This document shows, in pieces, positions 10,570 to 23,052 of a stretch of DNA of 34,622 nucleotides. The DNA is from Chiloscyllium plagiosum (Eukaryota). The DNA is taken from NCBI RefSeq assembly GCF_004010195.1, contig NC_057718.1:72005271-72039892 (forward strand). Reading direction: 5' to 3'. Numbering within the stretch: the stretch's first letter is position 1; each line of letters begins with the position of its first letter. The notes under the pieces were generated by a model that did no database searches, was not told the DNA's origin, and worked only from the letters and a program-made list of their open reading frames with translations. The position numbers and the translations under genes were made by a program.

Positions 10570-11525
10570 TTGGGTCAGTTTCACTACTGAGACACGTGGC
10601 ATAGGTCGAGAAATAGTGAGATGGTCTGTAATACAATTAAAGAAATTAGCATAGACAAAGAGGAAGTTCTGAGTACTCTAGTAGACTTAAAAGTAGATAC
10701 ATCTCCAGGGCAGGAACAAGTGTATCCCAGTTTGAGTGAGGCAAAGGAGGAAATAGCAGAGTTGCCCACAAAGCTTTTCAATTCCACACAGAACATAGAA
10801 CACTAGAGTACAGGAGTGGGACCTTCAGCCCATGATGTTGTACTAAACATGATGCCAAATTAAACCAGTCCCTTCTGACTGCCATATCTCTCTATTCCTT
10901 GCATTTTCATGTACTTATCCAGAAGTTCTTTAAATACCCCTATCATATCTGCCTCCATCTGGCAGCGAGAGGTGCTGGAGGAGAGTAAATTTGGTAGCAT
11001 TATTCAATAAGGGTACATGTGCCATTATTAGTTTAACAGCCAGGTGGTTATGCTGGAACTACATAAAATATTGGTTACAGTGTTGCGCATAGTTCTGGAA
11101 TCCACATTACAGCACTGCAAAGAGCCTCAGAGGGAATTTACCAGGATGTTGCCTGTGTTCAAGACTTCCAGTTATGGAGACAGATTGGATTGTCTGGGAA
11201 TGTGTTCCTTAGAACAAAGGAGTTTGACAGGGGACATGAGATAAATAAAATCATGAGGCAGGCGGGAGAAACCATTCCCCCTTTTGGAGGGACCAATGAC
11301 TAGGGGTTATAGATTCAAGATTTAAAGGAGACATCAGGGGTGGTGGAATCTGCAACTCATTGTCTGTATCGTGGCAGAGGCAGAAACCCTTATCACATTT
11401 AGTAGTATATGGATGTGCATTTGCCAGTCTTGGAAAATGGGATTAGAGGAGTTAAGTGGTTGTTTTCAGCCATCACAAATGTTATGGTCTGAAAGGCTTA
11501 CTTCTGCACTGCAGATCTCTATGAC
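10570..11525 (+). mobile_element. Old CR1 ORF2 remnant with a minus-strand CR1 tail inserted at ~10790-10968
   Basis: 'LKVDTSPG...YP..L.EAKEEIA', 'FTRMLP...SY.DRL' motifs. AGAACATAGAAC reverse tail at ~10790. Confidence 0.7.
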
Positions 11526-11559
11526 ACCTCACTGGACACACTGTCCACAACAACATCAG

Positions 11560-12000
11560 CACGGCAGATGCTTCACCGTGATTCCACCTGCTGCTCCATT
11601 CCGAATTGCAATTAGCGAGTAGCTGCAGCTGGACATACTTTCTCTATGTGGTCTCCAGGGATACACTGAAGCAATTTCAATCCATCCAATATTTAACTGG
11701 AAGGAATCACAAGTCAAGCAGTACTAAATATCTGGTAAGTAGCATGAAAATCTAACCTCAATGGAGAAGTGGAGGCAAATAGAACTGAGCTGGTGAAGCA
11801 CGCACATGAAATCCAACACAGCTTTTGGAAGTATCACTGTAGGACAGCATGTAGATGAGAAATAGGAGGACAGTGCAAAGGATAGATCCTCAGGAGCACC
11901 TTAGAAACATGCCAAAAAGTCACTGAAAGATATTCTGGCTACAATTAGATAATTAAAAATGGAACAAGATGGCAGCAGTTCTACATAGCTGCATGACAGT
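11560..12000 (-). mobile_element. Small decayed LINE fragments: CR1 ORF1 zinc-finger/zipper piece (~11560-11675) and L2/CR1-type RT piece (~11760-12000)
   Basis: Minus strand reads 'VQLQLLAN..SE.EQQVES' and '(GVPQG)SIL..LLFLIYML'. Confidence 0.55.
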
Positions 12001-12002
12001 GG

Positions 12003-12624
12003 TTTAATTGATTGATTGATATATTGTCACATGTACAGAGATACAGTGAAAAGCTTTATCTATGACCAGTACAAGCAGATCATAGTAAGAAGGAAGTACA
12101 GATAAAAAAGACTTAGAGTCATACAGGTCACACTACAAAAAAGGTTGCGTGCTAAGCAAGGTCAGAGTTAGCAAGATCAGCATTATTTTTGGCTAGAGAA
12201 TCCATTCTTCTATCTAATAATGGCTGGGAAGAAGCTATTACTGAACCTGTTGATGCGCGTGTTCAGGTTTCTGTATCTTCTGCCTGGTGGGCAGCACGGG
12301 TGGCACAGTGGTTAGAACTGCTACCTCACAGCGCCAGAGACCCGGGTGCAATTCCCGCCTCAGGTGACTGACTTGTGTGGAGTTTGCACATTCTCCCCGT
12401 GTCTGCGTGGGTTTCCTCCGGGTGCTCTGGTTTCCTCCCACAGTCCAAAATTGTGTAGGTTAGGTGAATTGGCCATGGTAAATTGCCCATAGTGTTAGGT
12501 GCATGCGTAGGGGAATGGGTCTGGGTGGGTGCGCTTCGGCGGGTTGTGTTGACTTGTTGAGCCGAAAGGCCCGTTTCCACACTATAAGTAATCTAACCTA
12601 ATCTAATCATTACCGGGGTGCGAT
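12003..12624 (-). mobile_element. Rex-Babar-type LINE 3' end (left part; interrupted by SINE and ERV)
   Basis: Minus strand 'HPGN...GRRYRNLNTRINRFSNSFFPAIIR', joining 'KAANIIKDP' at 31168-31200. Confidence 0.8.
12289..12608 (+). mobile_element. tRNA-derived SINE (HE1/V-SINE-like), near full length
   Basis: tRNA head, central TGTGTGGAGTTTGCACATTCTCCCCGTGTCTGCGTGGG domain, (TCTAA)n tail. Confidence 0.92.
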
Positions 12625-12717
12625 TGAGGATCTAAAATCTGGATTTAGACTGTTGTCAGGAGCAACCATTTAATGCATGCTTTTACTAACTACAAAATGG
12701 CTTCTTAATGCAAGTAA

Positions 12718-14362
12718 GGAGAGCCAGGAGGGGGCACGAGAAAGGCTTGGCAGAACGGATTAGGGAGAACACAAAGGCAAAAACTATCAACAAAGCTCGC
12801 TTTTATTTTACATGAGTGATTGGGCTTGTGGGGACCCTCTTTCAATATGACCAGATTTGTCCTCGGCCGCTTTGGGAAACGAGAAATGCAATTGCATCGC
12901 CACTTGCGAAGATCTTTGCATCCTCGCTCTCCACTGGAGTCGTATCTGAGGACTGGAAAGAGGCAAATGTAATTCCTCTCTTCAAGAAAGGAAATAGGGA
13001 AATCCCCAGTAATTACAAACCAGTAAGTCTCACATCTGTCGTCTGCAAGGTGTTAGATAGGATTCTGAGGGATAGGATTTATGACCATCTGGAAGAGCAC
13101 GGCTTGACTAAATGCAGTCAACACAGCTTTGTGAGGGGCAGGTCATGCCTCACAAACCTTATCGAGTTCTTTGAGGATGTGACTAGAAAAGTTGATGAGG
13201 GTCGAGCTGTGGATGTGGTGTATATGGACTTCAGCAAGGCATTTGATAAGGTTCCCCATGGTAGGCTCATTCAGAAGGTCAGGAGGAATGGAATACAGGG
13301 GAACTTAGCTGTCTGGATACAGAATTGGCTGGCCAACAGAAGACAGCGAGTGGTAGTAGAAGGAAAATATTCTGCCTGGAAGTCTGTATTGAGTGGTGTT
13401 ACACAGGGCTCTGTCCTTGGGCCTCTATTGTTTGTAATTTTTATTAATGACTTGGATGAGGGGATTGAAGAATGGGTCAGCAAGTTTGCAGATAACACAA
13501 AGGTTGGAGGTGTCGTTGACAGTATAGAGGGCTGTTGTAGGCTGCAGCGGGACATTGACAGGATGCAGAGATGGGCTGAGAGGTGGTAGATGGAGTTCAA
13601 CCTGGATAAATGCGAGGTGATGCATTTTGGAAGGTCGAATTTGAAAGCTAAGTACAGGATTAAGGATAGGATTCTTGGCAGTGTGGAGGAACAGAGGGAT
13701 CTTGATGTGCATGTACATAGATCCCTTAAAATGGCCACCCAAGTGGATAGGGTTAAGAATTCATATAGTGTTTTGGCTTTCATTAACAGGGGGATTGAGT
13801 TTAAGACTCGTGAGATCTTGTTGCAGCTCTATAAAACTTTGGTTAGACTGCACTTGGAATACTGTGTCCAGTTCTGGTTGTCCTATTAAAGGAAAGATGT
13901 GGATGCTTTGAAGAGGGTTCAGAGGAGGTTTACCAGGATGCTGCCTGGACTGGAGGGCTTATCTTATGAACAGAGGTTGACTGAGCTCGAACTTTTTTCA
14001 TTGGAGAAAAGGAGGAGGAGAGGGGACCTAATTGAGGTATACAAGATAATGAGACGCATAGATAGAGTCGATAGGCACAGACTTATTTCCCAGAGCAGAA
14101 ATGCCTAACACGAGGGGTCATAGTTTTAAGCTGGTTGGAGGAAAGTATAGGGGGGATGTCAGAGGCGGGTTCTTTACACAGAGAGTTGTGAGAGCATGGA
14201 ATGCGTTGCCAGCAGCAGTTGTGGAAGCAAGGTCATTGGGGACATTTAAGAGACTATTGGACATGCATATGGTCACAGAAATTTGAGGGTGCATACATGA
14301 GGATCAGTGGTCAGCACAACATCGTGGGGTTGAAGGGCCTGTTCTGTGCTGTACTGTTCTAT
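12718..14362 (+). mobile_element. 5'-truncated CR1 (family D) inserted in the 5' LTR
   Basis: RT ORFs 12816-13589, 13590-13889, 13899-14286. TSD GTAA (12714-12717 / 14363-14366), confirmed against the uninterrupted 3' LTR. Confidence 0.92.
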
Positions 14363-14501
14363 GTAACATAAAATATCATAACAAAATGGCTTCTAGGAGC
14401 AATGGCATCTAACTCTACTGAAAACTGCATCCCTGAACTAATTGAAAGAGATTAGCAAACAATGCCCTGTTCATAGTGTGAATTAACTAAGCAAGATATG
14501 A

Positions 14502-14814
14502 TGATATGATGATTAGATTAGATTCCCTACAGTGTGGAAACAGGCCCTTCGGCCCAACAAGTCCACACCGACCCTCTGAAGAGCAACCCACCCAGACCCA
14601 TTCCCCTACATTTATCCCTGCACCTAGCACTACAGACAATTTAATATGGTCAATTCACCTAATCTGCACTTCTTTGGACTGTGGGAGGAAACCGGAGTAC
14701 CTGGAGGAAACCTCATGCAAACTCCACACAGACAGTTGCACGAGGCCGGAATTGAACCCAGGCCCCTGGCGCTGTGCGGCAGCAGTGCTAACCACTGAGC
14801 CACTGTGGAAGCCC
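14502..14814 (-). mobile_element. tRNA-derived SINE inserted in the 5' LTR
   Basis: Reverse-complement SINE. TSD ATATGA (14496-14501 / 14816-14821). Confidence 0.9.
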
Positions 14815-15186
14815 TATATGACATTATTAAAGTATCCGAGCTGGCCTTGTAGACACAGGTGGAGAGAGATAAAAACGTGCAAACAAGTCAGTTCCCAGGA
14901 AAAATCACTGGCTTAATTTCATGCCTTTTTGTCATTTTATTTCATTTTATTGGATTAAGTTTGAAATTAAGGCTGTTCTGTTTGTTAAGAGACCTATAAA
15001 AGTTTCTTGTGTTTTAAGATTGTGCGCAGCTTTTCCAGAGTACACAGAGGTGCTTAACCCGTGTTGCTGGATAACCTATGCCTGGTGTCTTAATAAATTG
15101 TTAAAACTTGCTAAAACAGGCTAGTGTTTATTTCACCAATTGCGGAACCTGTGAGACCGACCCCCCCCCCCCCTTACAGGTTCATA

Positions 15187-15205
15187 TGGTGTCTGTGACT
15201 CTGAT
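15187..15205 (+). promoter_or_regulatory. Primer-binding site, tRNA-His-like
   Basis: TGGTGTCTGTGACTCTGAT, 2 nt after the LTR CA, vs the tRNA-His complement TGGTGCCGTGACTCGGAT (2 substitutions, 1 insertion). Confidence 0.75.
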
Positions 15206-15566
15206 ACGGCACGGACGGATTGTGGAAAGCAGCGTAACAGCCTCAAGTCCTCCACTATTGAGTGTTTAGGAATCGGCCACCCAGATGTGAATTGTTCAAA
15301 TCCGTCTGGATTTCATCTCATTCAAGTAGTGGTTGACCTGACCCCTTTCTGTCTATCATCTCAGTCCAGCCCGTAACATAGCGGTCTCGGTAAGATGGAG
15401 GGTCAGGGACCCTAGATAAAGGGAAAAAAGAAAAGATAATTAAAGGGAAAAAAAGATAAAAGATAGGATCGAAGATCCTACGAAGTTGGGATCTTCCATT
15501 AGCAGATCGGGGATCTGTAAGCAGAGTTGGGAACTCTGGTTCGGCTGGATGGGCATTATTTAAATT

Positions 15567-15699
15567 CCTTCCTGATGAAGGGCTTTTGCGCGATACGTCG
15601 ATTTTCCTGCGCCTTGAATGCTGCCTGACCTGCTGTACTTTTCCAGCATCACTCTGGTCTAAACTCTGGTTTCCAGCATCTGCAGGCCTCACTTTTGCC
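15567..15699 (+). mobile_element. Short Penelope-derived insert with damaged hammerhead core
   Basis: CTGATGA-A-GGGC..GCGC-GATA-CGTC (GAAA mutated). TSD attatttaaatt (15555-15566) / ataatttaaatt (15700-15711). Confidence 0.8.
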
Positions 15700-15881
15700 A
15701 TAATTTAAATTGGTACTTAAATTGTTCGGTGAGATAAGGAAGTATCGCTATACATTAAAACAGGATTATCGAGCCTTAAGGAAAGGGTCAGTGAAAGTTG
15801 TGGAAGTCGGTAGATTGTTGTGTGTTTACGGCTGTTAAATAGTAGAAGTTTTGCGTCTGGACTATAAAAAGATTGTTTAAG

Positions 15882-16144
15882 ATGGGTAATATTGTATGTA
15901 TAAAATGTTTCCAGAGAAATCCGATAGCCTGCGGAAGCTTTTGGTGCCTTAAAAAAAGACATTAGGTGATGAGCAGTGGCCTCTAGCTGGCCCTAAAATG
16001 TATTCAATTGATTAAATCAGCCCAGCAATGATTTGGCAATTAATTAGACTGTGGCGGCAATTCTGTGACAAAAGCCACAAAGAATCAGTTTTGCACTCAT
16101 GTCAGGACACTACCACCAAATTGGAAATTGAATTTACTAAAAAT
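15882..16144 (+). pseudogene. gag: gag matrix remnant
   Basis: ATG-GGT-AAT (MGN, myristoylation-type start) ~700 nt after the PBS, then 'MFPEKSDSLRKL...KKTLGDEQWPLAG' resembling the WPxxG matrix motif. Frameshifted. Confidence 0.55.
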
Positions 16145-18069
16145 AGAACGTAGAACATAGAATAATACAGCACAAAACAGGACCTTTGGCTGTCGATGTT
16201 GCGCCAACCTGTGAACTATTCTATGCTCATCCCCCTGCACTAACCCATCATCATCCATGTGCTTATTCAAGGATGGTTTAAAACTCCATAATGTAGCTGA
16301 GTTAACCAAATTGGCAGGTAGAGCATTCCACGCCCTTACCACTCTGAGTGAAGAACCTGCACCTGACATCTGCCTTAAATCTATCACCCCTCAATTTGTA
16401 GTCCTGCCCCCTCGTACAAGCTGACATCTTCATCCTGGGAAAAAGACTTTCACTGTCTACCCTATCTAATCCTCTGATCATCTTGCATGTCTCTATCAAA
16501 TCCCCTCTTAGCTATCTTCTTTCCAATAAGAACATATCCAACTATCTTAGCCTTTCCTCATAACAGCCTACCTCCAGACCAAGCAACATCCTGGTAAATC
16601 TCCTCTGCACCTTTTCAAATACTTCCACATTGTTCCTGTAATGGGGCAACCAGAACTGTACACAATATTCCAAGTGCGGCCGCACTAGCGTATTGTATTG
16701 TTGCAGCATGGCATTGCGGCTCCAGAACTCAATTCCTCCACCAATGAAACCTAACACACTGTATGCCTTCTTAAGAGGACTATCAACCTGTGTGGCAGCT
16801 TTCATGGATCTATGTTCATGGACTCCAAGATCCTTCTGCACATCCACACTACCAAGAATCTTTCCATTGACCCAGTACTCTGCTTTCCTGTTATTCTTCC
16901 CAAAGTGAATAACCTCACATTTAGCTGCATTGAACTCCATTTGCAACCACTCAGCCCAGTTCTGCAGTTTATCCAAGTCTCCCTGCAACCTGTGACATTC
17001 TTCCACACTGTCTACTACTCCACCGACTTTAGTGTCACCTGCAAACTTACTAACCCATCCACCTTTGCCTGCAAAACAATCATTTATAAAAATGACAAAC
17101 AGCAGTGGTCCCAAAACAGATGTTTGCTGCACACCACTGGTAACCGGAATCCATGCTGAATATTTTCCATCAACCACCACTCACTGCCATCTTTCAGAAA
17201 GCCAGTTTCTAATCCAAACTGCTAAATCACCCTCAATCCCATGCCTCTGCATTTCTCCAGCAGTCTACCAAGTGGAACCTTATCAAAAGGCTTTACTGAA
17301 GTGAATGTACACAACGTCAACTGCTCTATCCTCATCTATATGCTTGCTCACCTTCTCAAAAAAACTCAGTTTTGTGAGACATGATCTACCCTTGACGAAA
17401 CCATGTTGACAATCTGAAATCAAATTGTTGCTTATGAGATTATCATAAATCATATCTCCTATAGTCCTTTCCTAAACCTTTTCTACAACAGAAGTAAGGC
17501 TCACTAGTCTATAATTACCTGGGTCATCTTTCCTGCCCTTCTTGAACAAGGGCACATTTGCAATCCTCCAGACATAGAGTCATAGAGATGTATAGCATGG
17601 AAACAGACCCTTCAGTCCAACCTGTCCATTCCGACCAGATATCTCAACCCAATCTAGTCCCACCTGTCAGCACCCGGCCCATATCCCTCCAAACCCTTCC
17701 TGTTCATGTACCCATCCAAATTAATCTTAAACATTGCAATTGTACAGCCTCCACCACATCCTCTGGCAGCTCATTCCATTCACATAGCACCCTCTGTGTG
17801 AAAGAATTGCCCCTTAGGTCTCTTTTATATCTTTTCCCTCTCACCCTAAACCTATGCCCTCTAGTTCTGGACTCCCCGACTCTAGGGAAAAGACTTTGTC
17901 TAGTTATCCTATCCATGCCCCTCATAATTTTGTAAACCTCTATGAAGTCATTCCTCAGACTCCATCGCTCGAGCGAAAACAGCCCCAGCCTGTTCAACCA
18001 CTCCCTATAGCTCAAATCCTCCAACCCTGGCAACATCCTTGTAAATCTTTTCTGAACCCTTTCAAGAAC

Positions 18070-18330
18070 CCTCCATTTTGCCAGAGCGGCGAGGAGAGAA
18101 GGAGTGGTGAACTGAGGGCTGCCAGGAAGGGTGAGTTTTCCCGCATTAAAAGGGACTTACCTCGGGAGTCGGGCCTCCATTTTGCCAGAGCGCCGAGAAG
18201 AGAAGGAGTGGTGAAGCGAGGGCTGCCAGGAAGGGTGAGGTTTCCCGCATTAAAAGGGACTTACCTCAGGAGTCAGGCCTCCATTTGCCAAGAGGTGCGA
18301 GGGAGGAGTGAAGGACTTCTGGGAAGTCAT
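18070..18330 (+). repeat. 104-bp tandem 5'UTR monomers (2 full plus partial third)
   Basis: CCTCCATTTTGCCAGAGC... recurs at 18070, 18174 and ~18279. Each begins with a reverse YY1-like CCATTT(T)G. Confidence 0.9.
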
Positions 18331-18496
18331 ATATTTGTGCGGTTGCGTTACCCAAAACACTACTCGGGTTGTGACTCCCACCCATTCTCCTCCTCGAACC
18401 AAAAAAAAGGACCTGTGCGCCAGATTAGTAAGATAACAAGTTTTTTTTTATTCCTTATTTTTTTAACAGTCTCTTTGGGAATTTAGAATAGTGGGA

Positions 18497-19430
18497 ATGG
18501 GAGGTTAGGGCAGTTGCATGTTCCTCCTGCAGAACGTGGGAGGTAAGGGTCACCACTAGTGTCCCTGCTGACTACACCTGTGGCAAGTGCACCCAACGCC
18601 AGCTCCTCGAAAACCACGTCAGGGAACTGGAGCTGGAGCTGGATGAACTTCGGATCATTCGGGAGGTAGAGGGGGTTATTGAGAGGAGTTAAAGGGAGGT
18701 AGTCACTCCTAAGGTACAAGAAAAAGGCAAATGGGTTACAGTCAGGGGACGGAAAGGGAACCAGCAGGCAGTGCAGGGATCCCCTGTGGCCATTCCCCTC
18801 AACAATAAGTATACCGTTTTGGATACTGTTGGGGGGCACGACATACCAGGGGAAAGCAGTGGGGTACAGGGCTCTGGCACAGAGTCTGTCCATGCTGCTC
18901 AGAAGGGGAAGAGCAGCAGAGCAGTAGTCACTGGGGACTCCATAGTTAGGGGGACAGATAGGAGGTTTTGTGGGGATGAGAGACTCTCACAGTTGGTGTG
19001 TTGCCTCCCAGGTGCCAAGGTTCATGATGTCTCTGATCGTGTTTTTGGGATCCTTAAGGGGGAGTGGGAGCAGCACCAAGTCGTGGTCTACACGGGCACG
19101 AACAATATAGGTAGGAAGAGAGATGGGGATTTAAGGCAGAAATTCAGGGAGCTAGGATGGAAGCTTAGAGCTAGGACAAACAGAGTTGTTGTCTCTGGTT
19201 TGTTGCCTGTGCCACGTGCTAGTGAAGCAAGGAATAGGGAGAGAGAGGAGTTGAACACGTGACTATAGGGATGGTGCAGGAGGGAGGGTTTTGGATTCTT
19301 GGATAATTGGGACTCTTTCTGGGGTAGGTGGGACCTCTACAAGCAGGATGGACTTCATCTGAACCAGAGGGGTACCAATATCCTGGGGGGAGGGAAATTC
19401 ACTAAAGCTATTTAGGCAGGTTTAAACTAA
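18497..19430 (+). pseudogene. CR1 ORF1 (zinc finger/leucine zipper + SGNH esterase)
   Basis: 'AVACSSCRTWE...CGKCTQRQLLENHVRELELELDEL', 'GDSIVRG', 'GTNN', 'DGLHLN'. Confidence 0.9.
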
Positions 19431-22285
19431 TCCAGCAGGGAGATGGGAACCAAAATTGTAGTTCGAGTATAGAAAAGATTGAGAGTAGGGAGGTCCAAAA
19501 TCAAGTTTCAGGGACGCAAGATGGCACCGGCAAGCAAGAAGTTGGTTTGAAGTGTGTCTACTTCAATGCCAGGAGCATCCAAAATAAGGTGGGTGAACTT
19601 GCAGCATGGGTTGGTACCTGGGACTTCAATGTTGTGGCCATTTCGGAGACATGGTGAGAGCAGGGAGAGGAATGGTTGTTGCAGGTTTCAGGATTTAAAT
19701 GTTTCAGCAAGAACAGAGAAGATGGGAAAAGAGGGGAGGTGTGGCATTGTTGATCAAGGACAGAATTACAGTTGCAGAAAGAATGTTTGGGGACTCGTCA
19801 ACTGAGGTAGTATGGGCTGAAGTTAGAAACAGGAAAGGAGAGGTCACCCTGTTGGGAGTTTTCTATAGGCCTCCAAATAGTTCCAGAGATGTAGAGGAAA
19901 GGATAGCAAAGATCAATCTAGATAGGAGTGAGAGAGACAGGGTAGATGTCATGGGAGACTTCAACTTTCCAAATATTGACTGGGAAAACTATAGTACGAG
20001 TTTTTTAGATGGGTCAGTTTTTGTCCAGTGTGTGCAGGAGGGCTTCCTGACACAGTATGTAGACAGACCAACAAGGGGCGAAGCCACTTTAGATTTGGTA
20101 CTGTGTAATGAGCCCAGCCAGGTGTTAGACTTGGAAGTAGATGAGCACTTTGGTGATCACAATTCTGTTATGTTTATTTTAGTGATAGAAAGGGATAGGT
20201 GTATACCACTGGGCAAGAGTTACAGCTGGGGGAAAGGCAATTACGATGCAATTAGGCAAGATATAGGAAGCATAGGATGGGGAAGGAAACTGCAGGGGAT
20301 AAGCACATTAGAAATGTGGAGCTTATTCAAGGAAAAGCTACTGTCTGTCCTAGATGAGCATGTACCTGTCAGGCAGGGAGGAAGCTGTAGACTGCGGGAG
20401 CCATGGTTTTATGAAGGAAGTGGAATCTCTGGTCAAGAGGAAGAAGGCGGCTTATGTTAGGATGAGATGTGAAGGCTGAGTTAGGGCACTTGGGGGTTAC
20501 AAGGTAGCAAGGAAAGACCTGAAGAGAGAGCTCAGAAGAGCCAGGAGGAGACAGGAGAAGTTGTTGGCGGACAGGATCAGGGAAAACCATAAGGCTTTCT
20601 GCAGGTATTTAAGGAATAAAAGAATGACAACAGTAAGGTTAGGGCCAATCAAGGATAGTAATGGGAAGTTGTGTGTGGAGTCAGAGGAGATAGGGGAAGC
20701 ACTAAATCAATATTTTTCGACAGTATTCACTCTAGAAAGCGACAATGTTGTCGCAGAGATTACTGAGATACAGGCTACTAGACTAGGTGTGATTGAGATT
20801 CACAAGGAAGAGGTATGAGAAATCCTGCAGAGTTTGAAAATAGATAAGTCCCCTGGGCCGGATGGGATTTATCCTAGGATACTCTGGGAAGCCAGGGAGC
20901 AGATTGCTCAGCCTTTGGCATTGATCTTTAAATCGTCATTGACTACAGGAACAGTGCCAGAAAACTGGAGGATAGCAAATGTGGTTCCCCTGTTCAAGAA
21001 GGGGAGTAGAGACAATCCAGGTAATTATAGACCAGTGAGCCTTACTTCAGTTGTTGGTAAAGTGTTGGAAAAGGTTATAAGAGATAGGATTTATAATCAT
21101 CTCGAAAAGAATAATTTGATTAGGGATAGTCAGTACAGTTTTGTGAAGGGTAGGTCGTGCCTCACAAACCTTATTGAGTTCTTTGAGAAGGTGACCAAAG
21201 AGGTAAATGAGAGTAAACTAGTTGATGTGGTGTATATGGATTTCAGCAAGGCATTCGATAAGGCTCCCCACAAAATGGCTATTGTACAAAATGTGGAGGA
21301 ATGGGATTGTGGGAGATATAGCAGTTTGGATCAGTAATTGGCTTGCTGAAAGAAGACAGAGGGTGGTTGTTGATGGGAAATGTTCATCCTGGAGTCCAGT
21401 TACTAATGGTGTACCTCAAGGGTCGGTGTTGGGTCCATTGCTGTTCGTCATACCTGGATGAGGGCGTAGAAGGGTGGGTTAGTAAATTTGCAGACAACAC
21501 TAAGGTCAGTGGAGTTGTGGATAGTGACGAAGGATGTTGTAGGTTACAGAGAGACATAGATAAGCTGCAGAGCTGGGCTGAAAGGTGGCAAATGGAGTTT
21601 AATGCGGACAAATGTGAGGTGATTCACTTTGATCGGAGTAACCAGAATGCAAAGTACTGGGCTAATGGTAAGATTCTTGGTAGTGTTGATGAGCAGAGAG
21701 ATCTCGGTATCCAGGTACACAGATCCTTGAAAGTTGCCACCCAAGTTGACAGGGTTGTTAAGTGTTTTAGCTTTTATTAATAGAGGGATCGAGTTCCAGA
21801 ACCATGAGGTTATGCTACAGCTGTACAAAACTCTGGTGCGGTCGCACTTGGAGTATTGTGTACAGTTCTGGTCACCGCATTATAAGGAGGATGTGGAAAC
21901 TTTGGAAAGGGTGCAGAGGAGATTTACTAGGATGTTGCCTGGTATGGAGGGAAGGTCTTACGAGGAAAGGCTGAGGGACTTGAAGCTGTTTTTGTTAGAG
22001 AGGAAAAGGTTGAGAGGTGACTTAATACAGACATTTAAGATAATCAGAGGGTTAGATAGGGTGGACATGGAGAACCTTTTTCCAAGTATGGTGACAGCGA
22101 GCACAAGGGGGCATAGCTTTAAATTGAGGGGTGATAGATTTTGGACAGATGTCAGAGGTAGTTTCTTTACTCAGAGAGTAGTAAGGGTATGGAATACTTT
22201 GCCTGCAACGGTAGTAGATTCACCAATTTTAAGTACATTTAAGTCGTCATTGAACAATTATATGGACGTACATGGAATAGTATAG
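19431..22285 (+). pseudogene. CR1 ORF2 (APE endonuclease + RT)
   Basis: ORF-track fragments with [38 protein letters not shown]. Confidence 0.93.
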
Positions 22286-22883
22286 GTTAGATGGGCTTCA
22301 GATTGGTATGACAGGTCAGCGCAACATCGAGGGCCGAAGGGCCTGTTCTGCGCTGTTATGTTCTGTGTTCTTAAATTTCACAACATCTTTCAGATAGGAA
22401 GGAGACCAGAATTGCACGCAATATTCCAACAGTGCCCTCTTCGCTGTCCACTACACCTCCAATTTTGGTGTCAGCTGCAAACTTACTAACTGCACCTCTT
22501 ATGCTCGCATCCAAACATTTATGAAAATGACAAAAAGTAGAGGACCCAGCACCGATCCTTGTGGCACTCCACTGGTCACAGGCCTCCAGTCTGAAAACCA
22601 ACCCACACCACCACCCTCGGTCTTCTACCTTTGAGCCAGTTCTGTATCCAAATGGCTAGTTCTCCCTGTATTCCATGAGCTCTAACCTTGCTAATCAGTC
22701 TTCCATGGGAAAACCTTGTCGAACACCTTACTGAAGTCCATATAGATCACATCTACTGCTCTGCCCTCATCAATCTTCTTTGTTACTTCTTCAAAACTCT
22801 CAATCAAGTTTGTGAGACATGATTTCCCACGCACAAAGCCATGTTGACTATTCCTTATCAGTCCTTGGCTTTCCAAATACATG

Positions 22884-23052
22884 CAGCATCTAGGGAACAG
22901 GAGAATCGACGTTTCGGGCATTAGCCCTTCCTCAGGGAAGGGCTAATGCCCGAAACGTCGATTCTCCTGTTCCCTAGATGCTGCCTGACCTGCTGCGCTT
23001 CTCCAGCAACACATTTCCATCTCTGATCTCCAGCATCTGCAGACGTCATTTT
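22884..23052. mobile_element. Short Penelope-derived palindromic insert
   Basis: 15-bp TSD ctttccaaatacatg (22869-22883 / 23053-23067). Perfect ~49-bp arms around 22932-22935. Hammerhead core CTGAgGA..GAAACGTC intact on the minus strand. Confidence 0.88.

Larger units (their letters stand above)
12625..15184 (+). repeat. 5' LTR in three pieces (12625-12717, 14363-14501, 14816-15184)
   Basis: Colinear with 30578-31167 (9 mismatches in the first 93 bp by eye). TATA CTATAAAAG ~14994, AATAAA ~15092. Confidence 0.92.
18067..22370 (+). mobile_element. Full-length CR1 family A (5'UTR repeats, ORF1, ORF2, tail), inactivated
   Basis: Complete architecture over 4.3 kb, with stops and frameshifts in both ORFs. 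Confidence 0.95.

Noticed and set aside
9835..10602. Long antisense ORFs over CR1 RT (also 2564-3049, 13271-13783, 17854-18486)
   Set aside because: Shadow frames of the LINE coding strand with no independent evidence.
18335..18420. HDV-like ribozyme in the CR1 5'UTR (TCCTCG loop-like motif)
   Set aside because: I could not assemble P1, P1.1 and J4/2 by eye.
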